This document shows, piece after piece, positions 15,745-36,300 of a stretch of 64,000 bases of DNA. The first letter of the stretch is position 1; each line of letters opens with the position of its first letter. Below the pieces are notes generated by a model. That model saw only the letters and a program-made list of their open reading frames with translations. It ran no database searches and was not told the DNA's origin. The stretch is from the human T2T-CHM13v2.0 reference genome, Homo sapiens, in assembly GCF_009914755.1 (NCBI RefSeq), contig NC_060925.1. One strand, written 5' to 3'. Made by a program: the position numbers and the translations under genes.

Positions 15745-18203
15745 AGAGCTAATGATCATAAAATTTCTAAAACCCAAGCCTCTTGACTCTGTCTTCGTTT
15801 ATATCAGTGTAGTGTAATGGCCAGCACTGAACTACTGAGAATGATCACATAAACTTCATGTAATTTTTTCTGAACCTATAATTGTGGCTGCCCCAAAAGC
15901 TGCCGTTTTTTCATCTTCCCTCAAGTAACAGAAGGACTGCTGTCATAAAGATACACTTCCGAGGGGAGAAATGGAAGCAACATCATAAATGTGTAACATA
16001 TCTGGTGGATTTCTCTGTAGTGATGAACTTTTGAATGAATTCCTTTCTTAAAATATTCCACTTGTTATTGGGAAATGATTTTTTAACTTGTGTCTAATAT
16101 TTTCTTCATATGAGGAGATAGGTCTCTCTCTACCCACTTAACTCATTTAAACCTAACTAGTAACTTTTGTAAAGAATAACTGAGAATGCTCCACTTGGCT
16201 CAACTGTTCTTTCTCCTGAGATGAACTTGTCCACAGAAAGCACAAATTCTTTGCTTTTCCATGTTGTAAATCCTACTGGGCTGGCCTCTCATGTATGCAA
16301 GTTGGGACCTTGTAGGTTAGTGTATCTAATGCCAGGTTTCTGTTAGAAAGCCCATTTAGCTCCCACACAAAGCCAACTCAGCCTGTATCCATAACAAAGG
16401 TGGTATTTTGGCCTCAGTATTTACTTTTAAAAAAAAAAAATTATTGAATCATTCAGAAAGAAGAAAAGCAGGGAATTATTTAATGCAGGTCCCTTTAGAG
16501 ACCACCAGCGTAACTGCAGGACAAACTTCTCTATTCCATTATCTCTACCATTTGAGAGGCCAGGAGAAAACATGAACCTTAATGGAGATGGAATTATCCT
16601 TGCAATGACTGCAGTAAATGTTTGTTGAAGGGGAAAAAAATGGAAAGAGAAAATATACCATATATACCTAGTTTTAATGGAAAGCCGATTTCTGCCATAT
16701 ACATTAGAGAAATTGTTTAAGAACAGTTCATCCATGTGAAAATATTAGCACTGTAATTCTGCCAAGGTCAGTAAGACCTAGTGATTTGCTGAGATATCAC
16801 CTTCATTTCACCAGGTAAATAAAGGCTCCTTTTTTCAATGTGTCCTATCCAAGAAGGCAATCCACAGCAACAGTTAAATTATGAATACAGCACATATGTT
16901 CCATACCATATCATTTACAGCACAATTTAGCATGGACATAATGCTTTGTAACAAACTACAATACCATTCACAAAATGCATTTAAATAGCATAATTTAGTT
17001 CATTAAATTCAGTCATTTACAGTAAATCAAAATCATCATCGGAATTGAAGAGAGTACACAGTTGTTTGTTTGAATAGTTAAGCTAGGTAAGTCAATTTCT
17101 TTTTGAAGGTCAAGGACAGAGTTGTTTCCATTTTCTGTTATAAAAAAGATACAGCTGGTGTCAAAAGATAATTTACTGTCATTTCAAAACGATCAACCCT
17201 CTTTTTTTCCCTCCCCAGTCTCTCTCTCCTGGTTGCATATCAGATCACTGTCACTCCTAAAATAGATTCAACTCCCTGAAAATATCTTATATGCCACCTA
17301 ACTAGAATGTATGTACAAATTTTACAAAATCTCAACTGTACAATTCCTTCACATTTTTAATCAAGATGTGTACATTTGGTCCCAGGAAAGCTTCAAACAC
17401 TAGATCGCAGTGTCTGTAATCATCTGCATATCTGTCTATTTTTCATACCATATGGGAAGCCCCTTGTGGGTAGGAGCCTTGTCAACCATATTTAGATTCC
17501 TACAACCCAGCACAGTGTCTGTTGACTAAATTCCTTGAAATCAATGAATGGTTTTTTTTCAGTTATTTTTATTCCTCATGGCCCCAACCATATGCCTCAC
17601 ACATACTCAGTAAACGTTTGTTGGTTTAAAAATCTTGTTGGAGGGGCTTACCTTAGGATATATTTCATAAGCACACAAAATGAATGTGTGTTTTGAATTG
17701 TCTCAGTAAACCAGTGCCTGCAATAACATAGACAAAGTAAGAAAAGAGAAAACAGACTTTGGTATTGAGCACAAAGCATTCAACCTGATCTCATAGTTTC
17801 ACAGTCCAGTGTACGCTGCGCAGGACCATACTCCATGTGGACTAAACTACATTTTACACAGTTCTTTCTCTTAGCCTTTGCCTGGAGTGCTTTCACAACC
17901 AACCCAGCAATAATCAACAGTACGAGGCTTTACGTGCTAGTTCAGCTGCTTTAAAGCCAACATAATCTAGGCAGCATTCTACACTCAGCCTTTATCCAGA
18001 CATTTGATAACCTAATGTGTGCCTGGTACTGGGCACTGAGTAAACCAAAGAGGAGATAGACTCTAGTAAGATCTGAACTGTGTCCTCAAGCCGCTTAGAA
18101 TCTAGAGTAACACACTGTCAATAATGCACTGTCGTGTGGTAAGCACAGTGTCTGAGGAAAGAAAGCACAAGGTGCCCAAAGAGAGAGAACAGTATTTTGA
18201 TTA

Positions 18204-18676
<473 letters not shown>

Positions 18677-19039
18677 AGCTCATTTTAGAGGACCGTTGAT
18701 ACACTGGACATGGTCTAAAGGAGAGCTGCCAGGAGAAAGGGTTATCTTTTCCCTTCCTCAAAGAGAAAGGAAAATTGAGAAGAATGTAAGAATATTAGGG
18801 AAAACAAATTTTTTGAAAAAATTGAAAATAACTGTTCTTGAAAGTTTCTCAGTATTCCTGGGGTGGGTATTGATGGTTTAAAGAACCGTGTCAAGTCTAT
18901 TACCATGAACAGACTCTAATTGTGTTAAATCCCACACTGAGAGTGTCAATAACTCCACAGAGCCCAAGAAAGAAAATACAAACTCTTTCTTAGGCTGTGT
19001 TAAAGACCTCTGTAATCTGGCTTCAGTCTTGTGTCTCTT

Positions 19040-20100
19040 TGTTACAGAGACTATATCCATTTCCCCTTCTTCTATTTGTAATAAAAATTTTAGCTAGAAA
19101 CATGGGTCTCCCAGAAAAAAGACTATGCTGTCCAGTTCCCCTGAAGCTAGGTGAGGCCATATGACCACGCTGAGGCTAATGGGATGCAAGTGAAAATGTC
19201 ACGTGGCAGCTTCTGGGAGCCTTGAGGTCATGGGTCATGGGACATGACATGACTGAAGTTCCATGCTGGACTATGATGACAAGGGCCACACCCTAGGGAT
19301 GGCAAAGCAGAAAATGAGAAGGAACTGGGTCCCTGAGGACTTCATGGAGCACAGCCACCATACCAGTCATGGATGGACTATCCCCAAATTTTGAACTGGA
19401 AGGCAAATTATTTTCTATCTTATTTCAGCCACTACATTTGGAGACTCTTCACAAATTGAGACCACTCTCAAGCAATAGCCTCAGTATAACTACCTCCCTT
19501 TCCTCCAGATCCTCCCCTAGTGGCCTGCTATGACAGGCACTGTGCTAAACCCCTCAACAGCACATCTCATTTAATCCTCACAAATACCCGGTTAGGTAGC
19601 AACTATTATTAGCACCATTTCACAGATGAAGAAATTGAGATTTAGTAAGATGAATTTACTTGCTAACTAGAGGCAAAGCCAGTTTTTTTAGTCCAGGCAG
19701 TTTGTCCCCAGAGGCTATATCTGAATCTCTGTGCTCTGAATCTCTGTGCTATATTATCTGCCTCACAGAGCTACTTTCCCTATTCCATGTCTTTACTCAT
19801 ATTATTTCCTCAGCACCTAAAATGACTTTCTACCTTCCCCATGTCCTTTCCTTCCTAGATGCACCACCTTCTGCATGAAGGCCCTGATGCAGAATAGAAA
19901 GAAATCCCTCCTCAATGAGTCCATTGTACCTTAACTATGCCTCAGTTACATCACTTTGCATATCCTGCCTTCCAATCTCGTTAGCTATCTTATGTGTCAG
20001 TTTTCCTCAATATATTTTAAGTTCCTTGAGGGCAAGAAACATATTTTATCTGTCCTTGTGTTTTCCATAGTGCCTAACAGTAAAATTCAATAAATCTCAC
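19040..20100. mobile_element. Old-repeat cluster: MLT1-type LTR (~19040-19450), MIR (~19520-19720), L2-like (~19750-20100)
   Basis: GAAGCTAGGTGAGGCCATATGACC (MLT1); CATTTAATCCTCACAA...CAGATGAAGAAATTGAG (MIR); TAAGTTCCTTGAGGGCAAGAA...TAGTGCCTAACAG (L2 3' end). Confidence 0.6.
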
Positions 20101-20125
20101 TTGACTTGCTAAAAACTAAGTTCTT

Positions 20126-20424
20126 GGCCTGGTGTGGTGGCTCACACCTGTAATCCCAGCACTTTGGGAGGCTGAGGTGAGCAGATTGCTTGAGCCCAGG
20201 AGTTCAAGACCAGACTGGGCAACATGACAAAATCCTGTTTCTACAAAAAAATACAAAAATTAGCCAGGTGTGGTGGCGCTCACCTGTAGTTCCAGCTACT
20301 CAGGAGGCTGAGGTGGGAGGATCACTGAGCCTGGGTACTTCAAGGCTGCAGTGAGCCGTGATTACACCACTGCACTCCACCCTGGGCAGCAGAATGAGAC
20401 CCTGTTTCAAAAAAAGAAAAAAAA
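20126..20424 (+). mobile_element. AluJ
   Basis: Dimeric Alu, flanks AAGTTCT. Confidence 0.9.
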
Positions 20425-20512
20425 GTTCTGATTGGAAGATAGGAGTTTTTGACTATTTTATAAATGAAAGACAGGTAGTGAGTTGTAGTTCTAAATAACT
20501 GATGCACTATAA

Positions 20513-20725
20513 TAGCACTGTCCAGTAGAACTTTCCACAGTGATGGAAACTTTCTATACCCACACTGGCTAATACAGTAGCCACTAGTCACATGTGGCTA
20601 CTGAGCATTTGAAATAAGGCTAGTACAGAAAAGGAACTGAAATTTTAATTTAATTTAATTTTAATTAATTTACATTTAAATAGCCATATACAGATAATAG
20701 CTACCATATTGGATGTTACAACTCT
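20513..20725. mobile_element. MER3 (hAT-Charlie)
   Basis: GCACTGTCCAGTAGAACTTTC...GTAGCCACTAGTCACATGTGGCTACTGAGCATTTGAAA...CTACCATATTGGA. Confidence 0.8.
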
Positions 20726-21714
20726 AAAATCATGTTGAAGCTTTGGAAAACAGCACCAGCATGATTTGTGTAGAGTAAATGGTCAGTAAATGTTTGCTAT
20801 AGGACTTTGAATTGGATTGAAAGGAATCAGTAGACATCATCTAAGTAGATTTAAAAGGAAAAGAAAACTAATTGAAAAAGATACAAACTTCAAAAAATTC
20901 AGGAAAAACACAGAAAAAGATAAAGTTGAAGCAACAAAAACAACAACAAAAACACCAAGGATCATTATTTACAGCAGAAAAGAATCCTTAACAAACCCTT
21001 CCAGCAAAGCCTGGAAGAGGTATGTCAAGACAGGCAATTATATGACATACAAGCCCAGTTTAATAAAGACTGGGCTGGCATCCATTTACAAAACCCTCCA
21101 GAGGACACTGAGGTTTCTCATGCTATATTTAAAGAAACTGTCTGTAAAAGGTTGGGATGGGTCTCACTAGGCTGGAAAGAATAAGTCCAGATCACTCTAT
21201 TTAACAACTATTCATCATAAATTCAATATTTTATTCGGTAGGGGAATGACAGAAACTCACTCACTCCTACTTATGGTAATTCAAAGCAAAAAAACCTTCT
21301 AGTTATACTATCAGGCCAAAATCTAAATTTTAGTCCCCTTTGGAATTTTTCACTTTTGCTTATATGCCATTAAGATGGCGCTTGAAGAAATGCAGTTAAG
21401 GACTTACACTGTTAAGTGAGCTCTTCCCAGCCTGTCCATTCTGGGGGTGACCTTTCCACCAGGTCCCTGGCATAAGGCAGTGTGTCTCCTGGAGCAAAGC
21501 CAGAATGTAAGATGAAAAGCCACATGCAGAGGATGACGCAAGGGAAACAATCATGACTTTCATAATGAGAGCCAGAAAGAAATTTGAGGTCTTATGCTCA
21601 CTAGTTCCTAAGCCTGGGTGTTGTAGTCAGCATAATAACTTGCTTAACGTTTTATTCTTCAGGACTTCTAGCCACAGAAGAGTGAGCTATACTAGCAATC
21701 AAACTTTGAGTGTA

Positions 21715-22390
21715 CTTGTCCATGTTCCCCAGTCAGAGATCCATACAGCATGTCGTAATTTAAAGAGAAACTTTCACAATGTTTGGAGCCCTTTATGCCC
21801 TGAAGATGAAGGAGGAGAATGTCCTCACATTCCTTCCAGCAGGAATCCACTTAGGTGGCACCCACCTTGACTTCCAAATGATACACTACAAAAGGAAAAG
21901 TGATGGCATCTACATGATAAATCTGAAGAGGACCTGCAAGAAGCTTTGGCTGGCAGCTTGTGCCATTGTTGCCATTTGGAAACTCAGCTGCTGTCAGTGT
22001 CACATCCTCCAGGAATGTCAGCCAGCAGGCTATGCTGAAGTTTGCTGCTGCCACTGGAGCCACTCTTATTTCTGGTTCCTTTGCTAACCAGATCCAGGTA
22101 GCCTTCTGGGAGCCATGTCTTCTGATGGTTACTGATCCCAGGGCTGACCACACACCTTTCACAGGGCTATCGTATGTTAAACTGACTACCATTGCTCTGT
22201 GTCACACATACTCTCCTCTACGCTATGTGATCATCACCATCTCATGCAATGACAAGGGGGCTCACTCAGTGGGTCCAATGTGGTGGATCTTGGCCTGGGA
22301 AGTTCTGCACATGCACGGCACCATCTTCTGTGAGCACCCATGGGAGGTCATGCCTGATGACTACTTCTGCAGAGGAAGAACAGTAAAGAA
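21715..22390 (+). pseudogene. RPSA: RPSA (uS2 / 37-kDa laminin receptor precursor) processed pseudogene, 3'-truncated
   Basis: 5'UTR ...GTCGTAATTTAAAGAGAAACTTTCACAATG; ATG at 21779 reads [50 protein letters not shown]; frameshift near 21977; continues ..[32 protein letters not shown]; intronless, with small deletions. Confidence 0.97.
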
Positions 22391-22395
22391 AATAG

Positions 22396-24350
<1,955 letters not shown>

Positions 24351-24393
24351 ATATATACCTATTTTCCAGTGCTCCAATATACTACAAATTTTA

Positions 24394-24710
<317 letters not shown>

Positions 24711-25350
24711 CAATATAATGTTTTTATGCTAATCTCACAAATTATCTGGGCTACTGAATCAACTTGGTTCATTTATTTACTTTGTTTATTGGTCAGACCA
24801 GCCCATCACAGGATTTTAACACTATAAATTGGCCCCTGGACTAACTCATGCAGGCGAGCAGCAACTCCATCAAACCCAATAATTAATCAGGCAGTCCTCC
24901 TCCGTATGTCACGGTGACTATTCATTAAAGCAATGCATATGGCTTGTATCTACCTGTGCTAGCTTTTTGCTTTTATTCATGGTTCAACAAATTTATTAAC
25001 TTTAGATCCAGTGGAACAAAGAAAAATTAGTACAGAAGATATTATAATTAGGCTGATAGCTTAAAATTAGAAAAGAAAAACTAAAATTGAGAAGAGATAT
25101 TGCCACTAACAATAGAATCTGTGACATAAATACATAGGAAACATCTCAAGTTACAGGCCTGGACTCTAGAAACATGAAGAGACACATATGATGATGTCCA
25201 TGTCCAAGGTCTTACTTTTTGTTTGAGGATATACCATATGTATTGAAAGAATAAGCAATGGCCTAAGGATATCACTTGTGAATGTCACATATTTCTGATC
25301 ATCAAGATTCCCATTCAAGAAGTACAAAGCATCTTAAGAGTCATGAGTGA

Positions 25351-25989
<639 letters not shown>

Positions 25990-26352
25990 TCATACTGTAT
26001 ATATTATATATACTGTATAGGTGTTAACCATTTGCTAAAATAAGATTACCAAATTGAATTGACAATGCTTTAGTAACTTAGGTATGCAAAATGTAATTCC
26101 ATATGATTTGTTGAACAATACACATAAGAAGCCAAAATACTGATTTAGAGGAGACTCTCAAATTGTCCTGGTGAGTGACATAAGACATAATAATAGCAGC
26201 TAAGATTTATTCTAATATATCAAAAATGTACATTTATATAATAAATGAATGCATATATTCATTTAATTCTCACAAATATTCTATGATGTTGTAACATTAT
26301 TATTCCTACTTTACAGATGAGAAATCTGAGGCATGAGAGATTAAGCAATTTC

Positions 26353-26833
<481 letters not shown>

Positions 26834-27507
26834 TTAAGTGATTTGCCCAAGATAACTTCAGAGCCAGACTTCAAAACTAGATAGTCTGACTCCAGAGTCT
26901 ATACCCAAAAAAAACACTATAGTGAGTGTATGATTCATATTCTATAAATTATTGCTTTGTTCATATTTTTAAGGAGAAAATATAGGACAAAGAATAGTAA
27001 AGACATGACTTCTTCTATTCTGGAATTCTGTACTTTCTCTGGAGCCTCAAGCTGTGCCTTGCACATAATAGATGATCAATAAACTCCTGTTTTATGAATG
27101 TATTAAGGAATAATATTTGTGACCATATGCCCCACTTGTCTTTGCAACTCCTGACTACATTACTTTTTCCTAGAATTCTTGTAGAGAAGGTTGCTCTCTA
27201 ACCAAAATTCCCTGCAAGAAGCAGAGAGTGTTTGAAGTAGAAAGTATATAACAGAGCAGAGCACTGGTCTGAGACTAAGCCCTGACACCATTTAGTTATA
27301 CACCCTTGAACAAGTCAATTTACTCCTCTTGGAAATAAATGCTCATATATGTCAAATGAAAGAGTTGAAGTAGATAACTGATTTTCAGACTATGCTAATA
27401 ATGATGGAAAAAGGGGGAAGCATTATGAACAGGTTCAAGCTCTTTGGCTTCAAGGAGAATAGCTCCCCTCAAATCTGTTTTACATATTAAGTATATAAGA
27501 GTTTGTA

Positions 27508-27854
<347 letters not shown>

Positions 27855-29726
27855 TCAATTTGACCAAATTCTTAAGTACTGTCTCATTTCTAATATTCTA
27901 TCCCTGGACTACCCAGACACACTCCAATATGTCAGACCCTTTGCCTGTTTTGACCTGTTCAAGAGATATTTTAACTGAATCTTAGAATTCTTTCCATCAT
28001 TACAATTCTAGATCTGTCCTTTCAAAAGAAAGAAATTGATTTTTTTCCTCCACTCATATTTATCCGTTCACTTTTTGGAGGCTCTCCTTGCCACATCCTT
28101 AAATAAGTAACTAGGATAACTGTGGTAATTGCCTGACCTGCAAAGTGTTTAGAACTTCAAGGTTAATGCTCCTGGCACAAGATTTTCGCTACAAACAGCA
28201 GAATTCCTCTAACCCTTTGCTGAGGCATTGGTTCAATAGTAAGAGAAGATCATGCCATGTATTGAATTACTCAAAAGAGAATTATCAGAGTTCCCTGATA
28301 ATCCCTGGTCTACCTATGGCTAAACCGTATTCCAAAAAGAACTGTCTTAAATAACTCAGGAAAGACCTTCACCAGAGATACAGTAGAAGAGCCAAATATT
28401 TAACAAAACTAAAAACCAAAACCTATATATTCAAGAACTGGTACAGCCCTACCCCAAATATTGTGCTAATTCCTTATGTTTCATTTTATAATACTGAACT
28501 TCCTTTCACATGAATGAAAAGAACTGTTACTATTAAGCCTATCCATTCTCTGGAATTTCTTTAATCAGTTTTCATTAAGGACTGTCAAACACATACATCA
28601 TTTAGGGACTTTTAAATCTAAATTTTATTGAAGATATATTACATATGGTTTAATATTTCAGCTCAGCAATGGCCATTAGCAATAAGCATTACTCCAAGAG
28701 TGGGATTAATTAAATATTCTAGCAAACACAGTGATCCAAATAGCAAAGAAAAATCCTGGGCACTGAGCCCAGATTTCCCACCCTCTCTTCTGGTGTGGCT
28801 CATCGCTCTCTCTCAGATAAACTAGACAACCAACAAATCTTTCATCATTACTAGTAAATGTATAGATGGGTAATAAATGATCAAATCTCTCCATCAGGTC
28901 TCCTATTAGATTTTTTAAGCGTAAAACATTGCACAAAATCAAATTGCCCCATAAAAGGGTATTTTTTAAACCAAAGAGAAATACAGTTTTCAGAAATAAA
29001 AGGTAATTCCCCACAGTAATCAGCAGTTCTACTCTAATTTGACTTTACCATTCCTCCAGTGACAAGTTGGGAGATGGTCCTATTCTACAATTATAATCCT
29101 GTCTTTGCTATGTTATGAAGTTTTAAAGTATTTCAACTTTGTATATTATAGTGAATATAAATCTCAGCTCCACAGAAACCAAGAGATTCAGAGCAAACTC
29201 ATGATCTTGATCCTACCAAGATTCCTGGGTTTGCACTCATAAGTTAAGACTGATACTCCAACCTTAAATCTTAGCTTTAGATCTGAATTCCTTGGCTTTT
29301 GTGATTTTAATCTAGACACTAATCTACTTTAATAGTGAGGGAATGGGAGGAGCTCCAAGCAGAATATTTACAAAGGGTCTTATTCATCAAACAGTCATAG
29401 TTCCTCTTCATTCCTTCTCTCAGCTAACAGCAGAGCTATTTGGTGACACGACAGATAAATCTAGCCGATTCAAAAACGACCTGGCAACAACCATTTCTTG
29501 TCATTGCCAAATCTGCACTTCTGGGACACAATGTACCATAAACCTTTAGCAAATCACCTTCTTCTTTCAATGGGAAGGCTGTTAATAAAGTAAAATCTTT
29601 GAAGCTGGATCATCTGACAAAAGGAACAAAAAGTGAAAGAGGAGCAGCAGCAGCATTACATTTATGTAGCCTAAACAGTTTTCAAAGCATGATCAAGTAC
29701 ATTACACAATTTTATCTTTCCAATAA

Positions 29727-30441
<715 letters not shown>

Positions 30442-30671
30442 TAGCCTTTAAAATGAGAATAATATTTCACACGGTTGTTATTAGGCTGGGACAAAATAAC
30501 ATAGGTAAAGTACTTGGTGCAGCGTACTTCAATGGTAGCCAGGGTTTTATTATTGTTATTATTATTAGTCCTACAAATAGTGAAAACATTGCTCAGAGGA
30601 AGTAAGTAACCAGCCCAAGGGCATTCAATGTATACATTTTACTGAGTCCTGGCATAGGGCTATGGATATTA

Positions 30672-31790
<1,119 letters not shown>

Positions 31791-32779
31791 CTATTTTCTC
31801 TGAGTCTCTATGGCACACTCTAATTCTCCTAGGGGGTTTAATACTGAACCTTGCATTTGAGGAATTCCCTCAGGCAATATGTTTATTCAATAACCCATGC
31901 AACATAATATAATATCAGTATTCCAAGTATGGCTATGACTTTTACATAGAGTAGATCCATAAAGAGAGATGGAGAATGATACTTTGCATTTGTTTAGCAC
32001 TCTTTCAAAGTGCTTTTATATCTATTATTCAGAGACGGAGAATGGAATTTGAATTTAAGAGTAGAAAGGATGTTAGAGATTCTCTAATTCAGCATTTCTT
32101 AACCTTCTTTGGATCACTTGCCTATTTGAGAATCTGACAAAAGCTATGGACCTCATACCCAGAAAGATGAACAGATGTGTATATATATATATGTATATAT
32201 ATATATACACATATAAAACTGCATTGTTTCAAGGGGATTCGTGAATTACTCTCACTTTAAGAACTGCTCTAATTTGAAAACTTTCACTTTACAAATGAGG
32301 AAGCTACTATTTATCATGATAGCATCCCCACGAAGAGGCAGAGCAAGGACTATGATCCACATTTTCCAGATCTGGAACTAAGGTTCAGAGAGGTTTCAAG
32401 ATGCCCAAAGTCTTATAGCTAGGTAGGAGCAGTAGCAGAACCCAGGACTCTGGATAGTCTAGTTCTTATTCTTCCAGATCACATCATCCTCCCAACACAC
32501 CATGCTAAAATTCTTTCACTATAAGAATAACTCCTATAGTCGATAGTTTGTTTTGCCTTCTGTAACACTCGTAATACTTACTCTCCAGTAAAAAAGTTCC
32601 AAATACAAAAATTGTCCTATTCACAATAGTAACTCATTTCTTACAGAGTTCCAGTAGGCTTCAGTTATTGCTGACACATTAAATACTGAAATCCAGAAAT
32701 TATCTTTGTAAACAACTCCATAACTTCTAAATTGGTAGTTAAGTATCAAGCTGGCCAATCTCTCTGTCCTTCTCTCTCT

Positions 32780-33380
32780 CTCTCTCTTTTTATTTCCTTT
32801 GGTAGGACAGATTCTTGCTGTGTCCCCCAAGCTGGTCTCAAACTCCTGGGATCAAGCAATTCTCCTGCCTCAGCCTCCCAAAGTGCTAGGATTACAGGCT
32901 TGCACTGCTGTGTCTGGCCAATTTCTCCTTTTAGCAGCAAATGAACATACGTGAATCCAAGCAAAGAAGGCAAAAATGCTAATGTTTCTCTTGAACGGGT
33001 GTGGAAAACTAGTTTTAGCACATTAGACTTATACCTAACACATAGAGGTGCTCAGTAAATATTTGCTAAATGAATACACAAATTTACCAATTAATACCAG
33101 TGAGTTTTTCATGTATTTTATTTCCACTTTCAAAAGTTAAACTAAGCAGCCTGGACAACATAGCAAGACCCTGTCTGTATTTTTTAAAAATTAGCCAGGC
33201 ATGGTGGCACCTGTTTGTAGTCTTAGTTACTTAGGAGGCTGAGGTGGGAGGATCACCTAAGCCCAGGAGTTCCAGGCTGCAATGAGCTGTGATCACACCA
33301 CTGCACTCCAACCTGGGCAGCAGAGTGAGACCTTGTGTCTTAAAAAAACAAAACAAAACAAACAAACAACAACAACAAAA
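32780..33380. mobile_element. FLAM (-) 32780-32919 and 5'-truncated AluJ (+) 33147-33380
   Basis: Alu-derived sequence. Confidence 0.8.
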
Positions 33381-33399
33381 AATACACACAAAAGCAAAC

Positions 33400-36300
33400 A
33401 AGAAGTTAAAGTAAGAATACTGTACTTCTCACTTAAGGTCTAAGTCAGACCAGCAACAGCAGCATATTCAATACTAAAATATATATAATGACAAATAAGT
33501 TTTTTAATATGTTCACTCACACTTTATCAAAACAGTCTAGGTCATTAAGATAGTGGTTCTGATGAATTTTATTACAATTTATACATTCTTCCCATAGCAA
33601 TAAATATATGTAAAATATTTATGGGAAGAAAATATCTTAGATATGTATAAAATATATAGATATGCCAAGATTATTATAACGTTTATGATGAATGTTAGAT
33701 TTTTCCAAGAAAATGGCTATTATTAACATTTAATTTAGCTTCACTTAATAACAGGCTATCTTACTATAGTGAAGATTTCCATACCTCACAAAGTCTTTAT
33801 TTGTAAGCCAAAAGCTTCCAGAATATATTCCAGGGTGCTGAGCATTTTGGTATTGAGAAAGAATCAAAGATGCTGTGTTTCAGCTTTGATTATTCATGCT
33901 GGCTTTAGTAGACTTCAAGCCTGAATTTTAATGTTTCATTATCACAGTTTTTCTGTGATAATCTGGATAGATTAAGAATATTCTACAAAACAAATGCTTA
34001 ATAAGGCAATAAACCTGTTGAAGGAATAAATTAGCAGGCAGGTTATGCTTTTAGGATAACTACACTACAGAAAAGGTATTTACCCACTTTACCTAGTGAT
34101 TATGTTTATATTGCAATGTGACTCATAAGACTCACTGTACTGAATAAAATTTAGGCAATTAATGATCTTATTTCATAGGAAGAACTACTTGCTATTGAAT
34201 ATTAACACAGATCTTGCTCAATTAAAATTGCTCACAGTCAGCAAAAATAATTTCTGCACTGTAATGAAATAATGAAATAATTATATGCAAGGGAGGACTT
34301 GTGATCTTTTTAATTATTCTATTCTTCATTTTTAAAAGGGCTATTTGAAAATGTACTCTTATAATTGATTGCTATAAATCAGTCAGACTCATTCTAAGGA
34401 TCATAAATATTCTAACTTTTAAAAGACAAAGAAATGCTAAATATTCAATGGGATACTTCAATATTCAGAAAATTTAATCTTGGGGGAAAGGATAGACTGC
34501 TCTTTGGAAAATAAAAAAGTAAATTTGTTGTCCCGTGAAAAATGAAATATCTTGAATGTCAGTAACAGAGATGGAATTAACAAGAGATCTTTTTATTGTT
34601 TTTTAAGGTCATTAGGCTGTGAATTCTATAATTATGGAAATTGTCAGTCCAGTTCTGTAAGAATGTTTGCTCCCATCCATAAGGTAGTGGAATGTTCAAT
34701 CAGTCTCTCTCGTGGGAAAGTTAGGTCATAACTGTAAGTGTAACAGCAAAATTGAATTAAGCAAAGAGATTTCATTAGTATTTATAGCCAGAAGGCATCT
34801 GTAAAAGTACAGGGCAAAGAAGTTATGTGGAAGTCAAAGGAGAAAAAAAAAATGGGTTTCTAGTGACAAAGCCGAATCTGAAAGAGATATAAGTGTATAA
34901 TGAATAAGAGCTATTGAATGCTACTGCAAAGAGGGAGTTGCAAAGATGTCAAATATTGATTTTCTTGTGTATGCCTTTGGACTACATATGTAATTGTTTA
35001 GATTTGCTGTCTTCATGGTACAACAATATTTGTTGTCAAAGGTTAAAAAGCATGATGTGAAATAAACTAAAACCTGAGAAACATGTTGGAGAATCATAAT
35101 TCTCCACTCAGAATCTCATTAAGAGGTTTCTGTATTTTCTTGCAAAAGAACATTTTTAATGAAGAAAAATGGCATATATATATATATGTATTTCAAATAG
35201 AACACAAGATCCAAATACTAGTTAATTATGTTACTGAAAATTATTTAATTAACTTTCAGCATCATTTTAAATTAAACTAGTTTCTCTACTTTCTACTTTA
35301 TTGAATATTCTTAAACCATATATCTAATTTTGAAAGTACAGTTAAACTATACTTTATTTTTCCAGTATGATTACAAGGAATTCTATTAACACTAAACTGA
35401 TAATAAAAATCTGATGTTACCCCTTTACAATAAATATTTCCTGTCATATTTTCCTCTTCACTACTAAAACTTCAGAAGGAAAACTTCTCTGCTTTAAGGT
35501 CTATGTAAGCATATATATTGAATAACAAACTGCAAACTCAAGTAATCAAATTAATAATCTGGAACAGTAAGTAAACAAAATACTTTTTTCTAATGTTTTT
35601 AGGGGTTAGTTTCCCTTTAAATATTCAAGTCTTAACAGAATGTTAACTATCATAATGTTCTTTTTAAATAACAGACTCATTTGTTTCGTTGATCTTTTTT
35701 TATTATTTATTATAAACTTGAATCATACCTGTTAATATTACTGTATTCTCTTTCCTACCTCAGGACATTTAAAAATAACAGCCAAACTGTTAAATTCTCC
35801 AGATGGAATTTACTACACTTAAAGTCATAATGACCACAAACTAAAAAAAGAACGTTTAAAAAAAAGTATGAACTGTTTTAAGTACCAGCAGGAGACAGGG
35901 GTACAAATAAGAAACAGCATAATATATGGCAGAAGCAAATCATTTTACCAGTACAGAAAACACTAGATGGGAAAACTGCAGAGAAGACAACGTCTCCAGC
36001 ACAAATAAGTTTCAAATTTTATTTTCCATGTCTCACTTTTAATGTTATTAAATATTTAATAGCAATGTAAAACAGAGTGACAACATTTTGAGTGTATGTG
36101 CAAACCAAGGCATTTCTTTCCCCGGGGTTTTGAAAGCATGTGGGACACGAAGGAGATAGTCCAGTAGAAACGGCAGCTTCTCTCCGAGGTAAATACTCGT
36201 CAAGAACAAAACATAATTCAATTGCACTCTTGTTTTCTGAAAAGGCTGCTTGTGGAATATCCATCATAAAGTCATTTCTATTTCTTAAGAGCTATTAGTG

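Noticed and set aside
21640-21690. Plus-strand acceptor/donor pairs (e.g. ttattcttcag...gtgagc; also ~42400-42530)
   Set aside because: Isolated, with no phase-consistent chain found. They show the chance background that limits confidence in the minus-strand exons.
21851-22192. 113-aa antisense ORF
   Set aside because: Shadow of the RPSA pseudogene.
32582-32726. Kinase-like (SYGVVYK, ELFTKIISGFQYL) and WD40-like (CIWNFFTGE) peptide snippets; also DAAIFIWN at 59.4 kb
   Set aside because: They are short, lie in different frames and lack surrounding domain motifs, so no family can be assigned without a profile search.
36019-36267. 82-aa minus-strand ORF in unique DNA
   Set aside because: No recognisable homology and no convincing acceptor; kept only as part of the repeat-free island.
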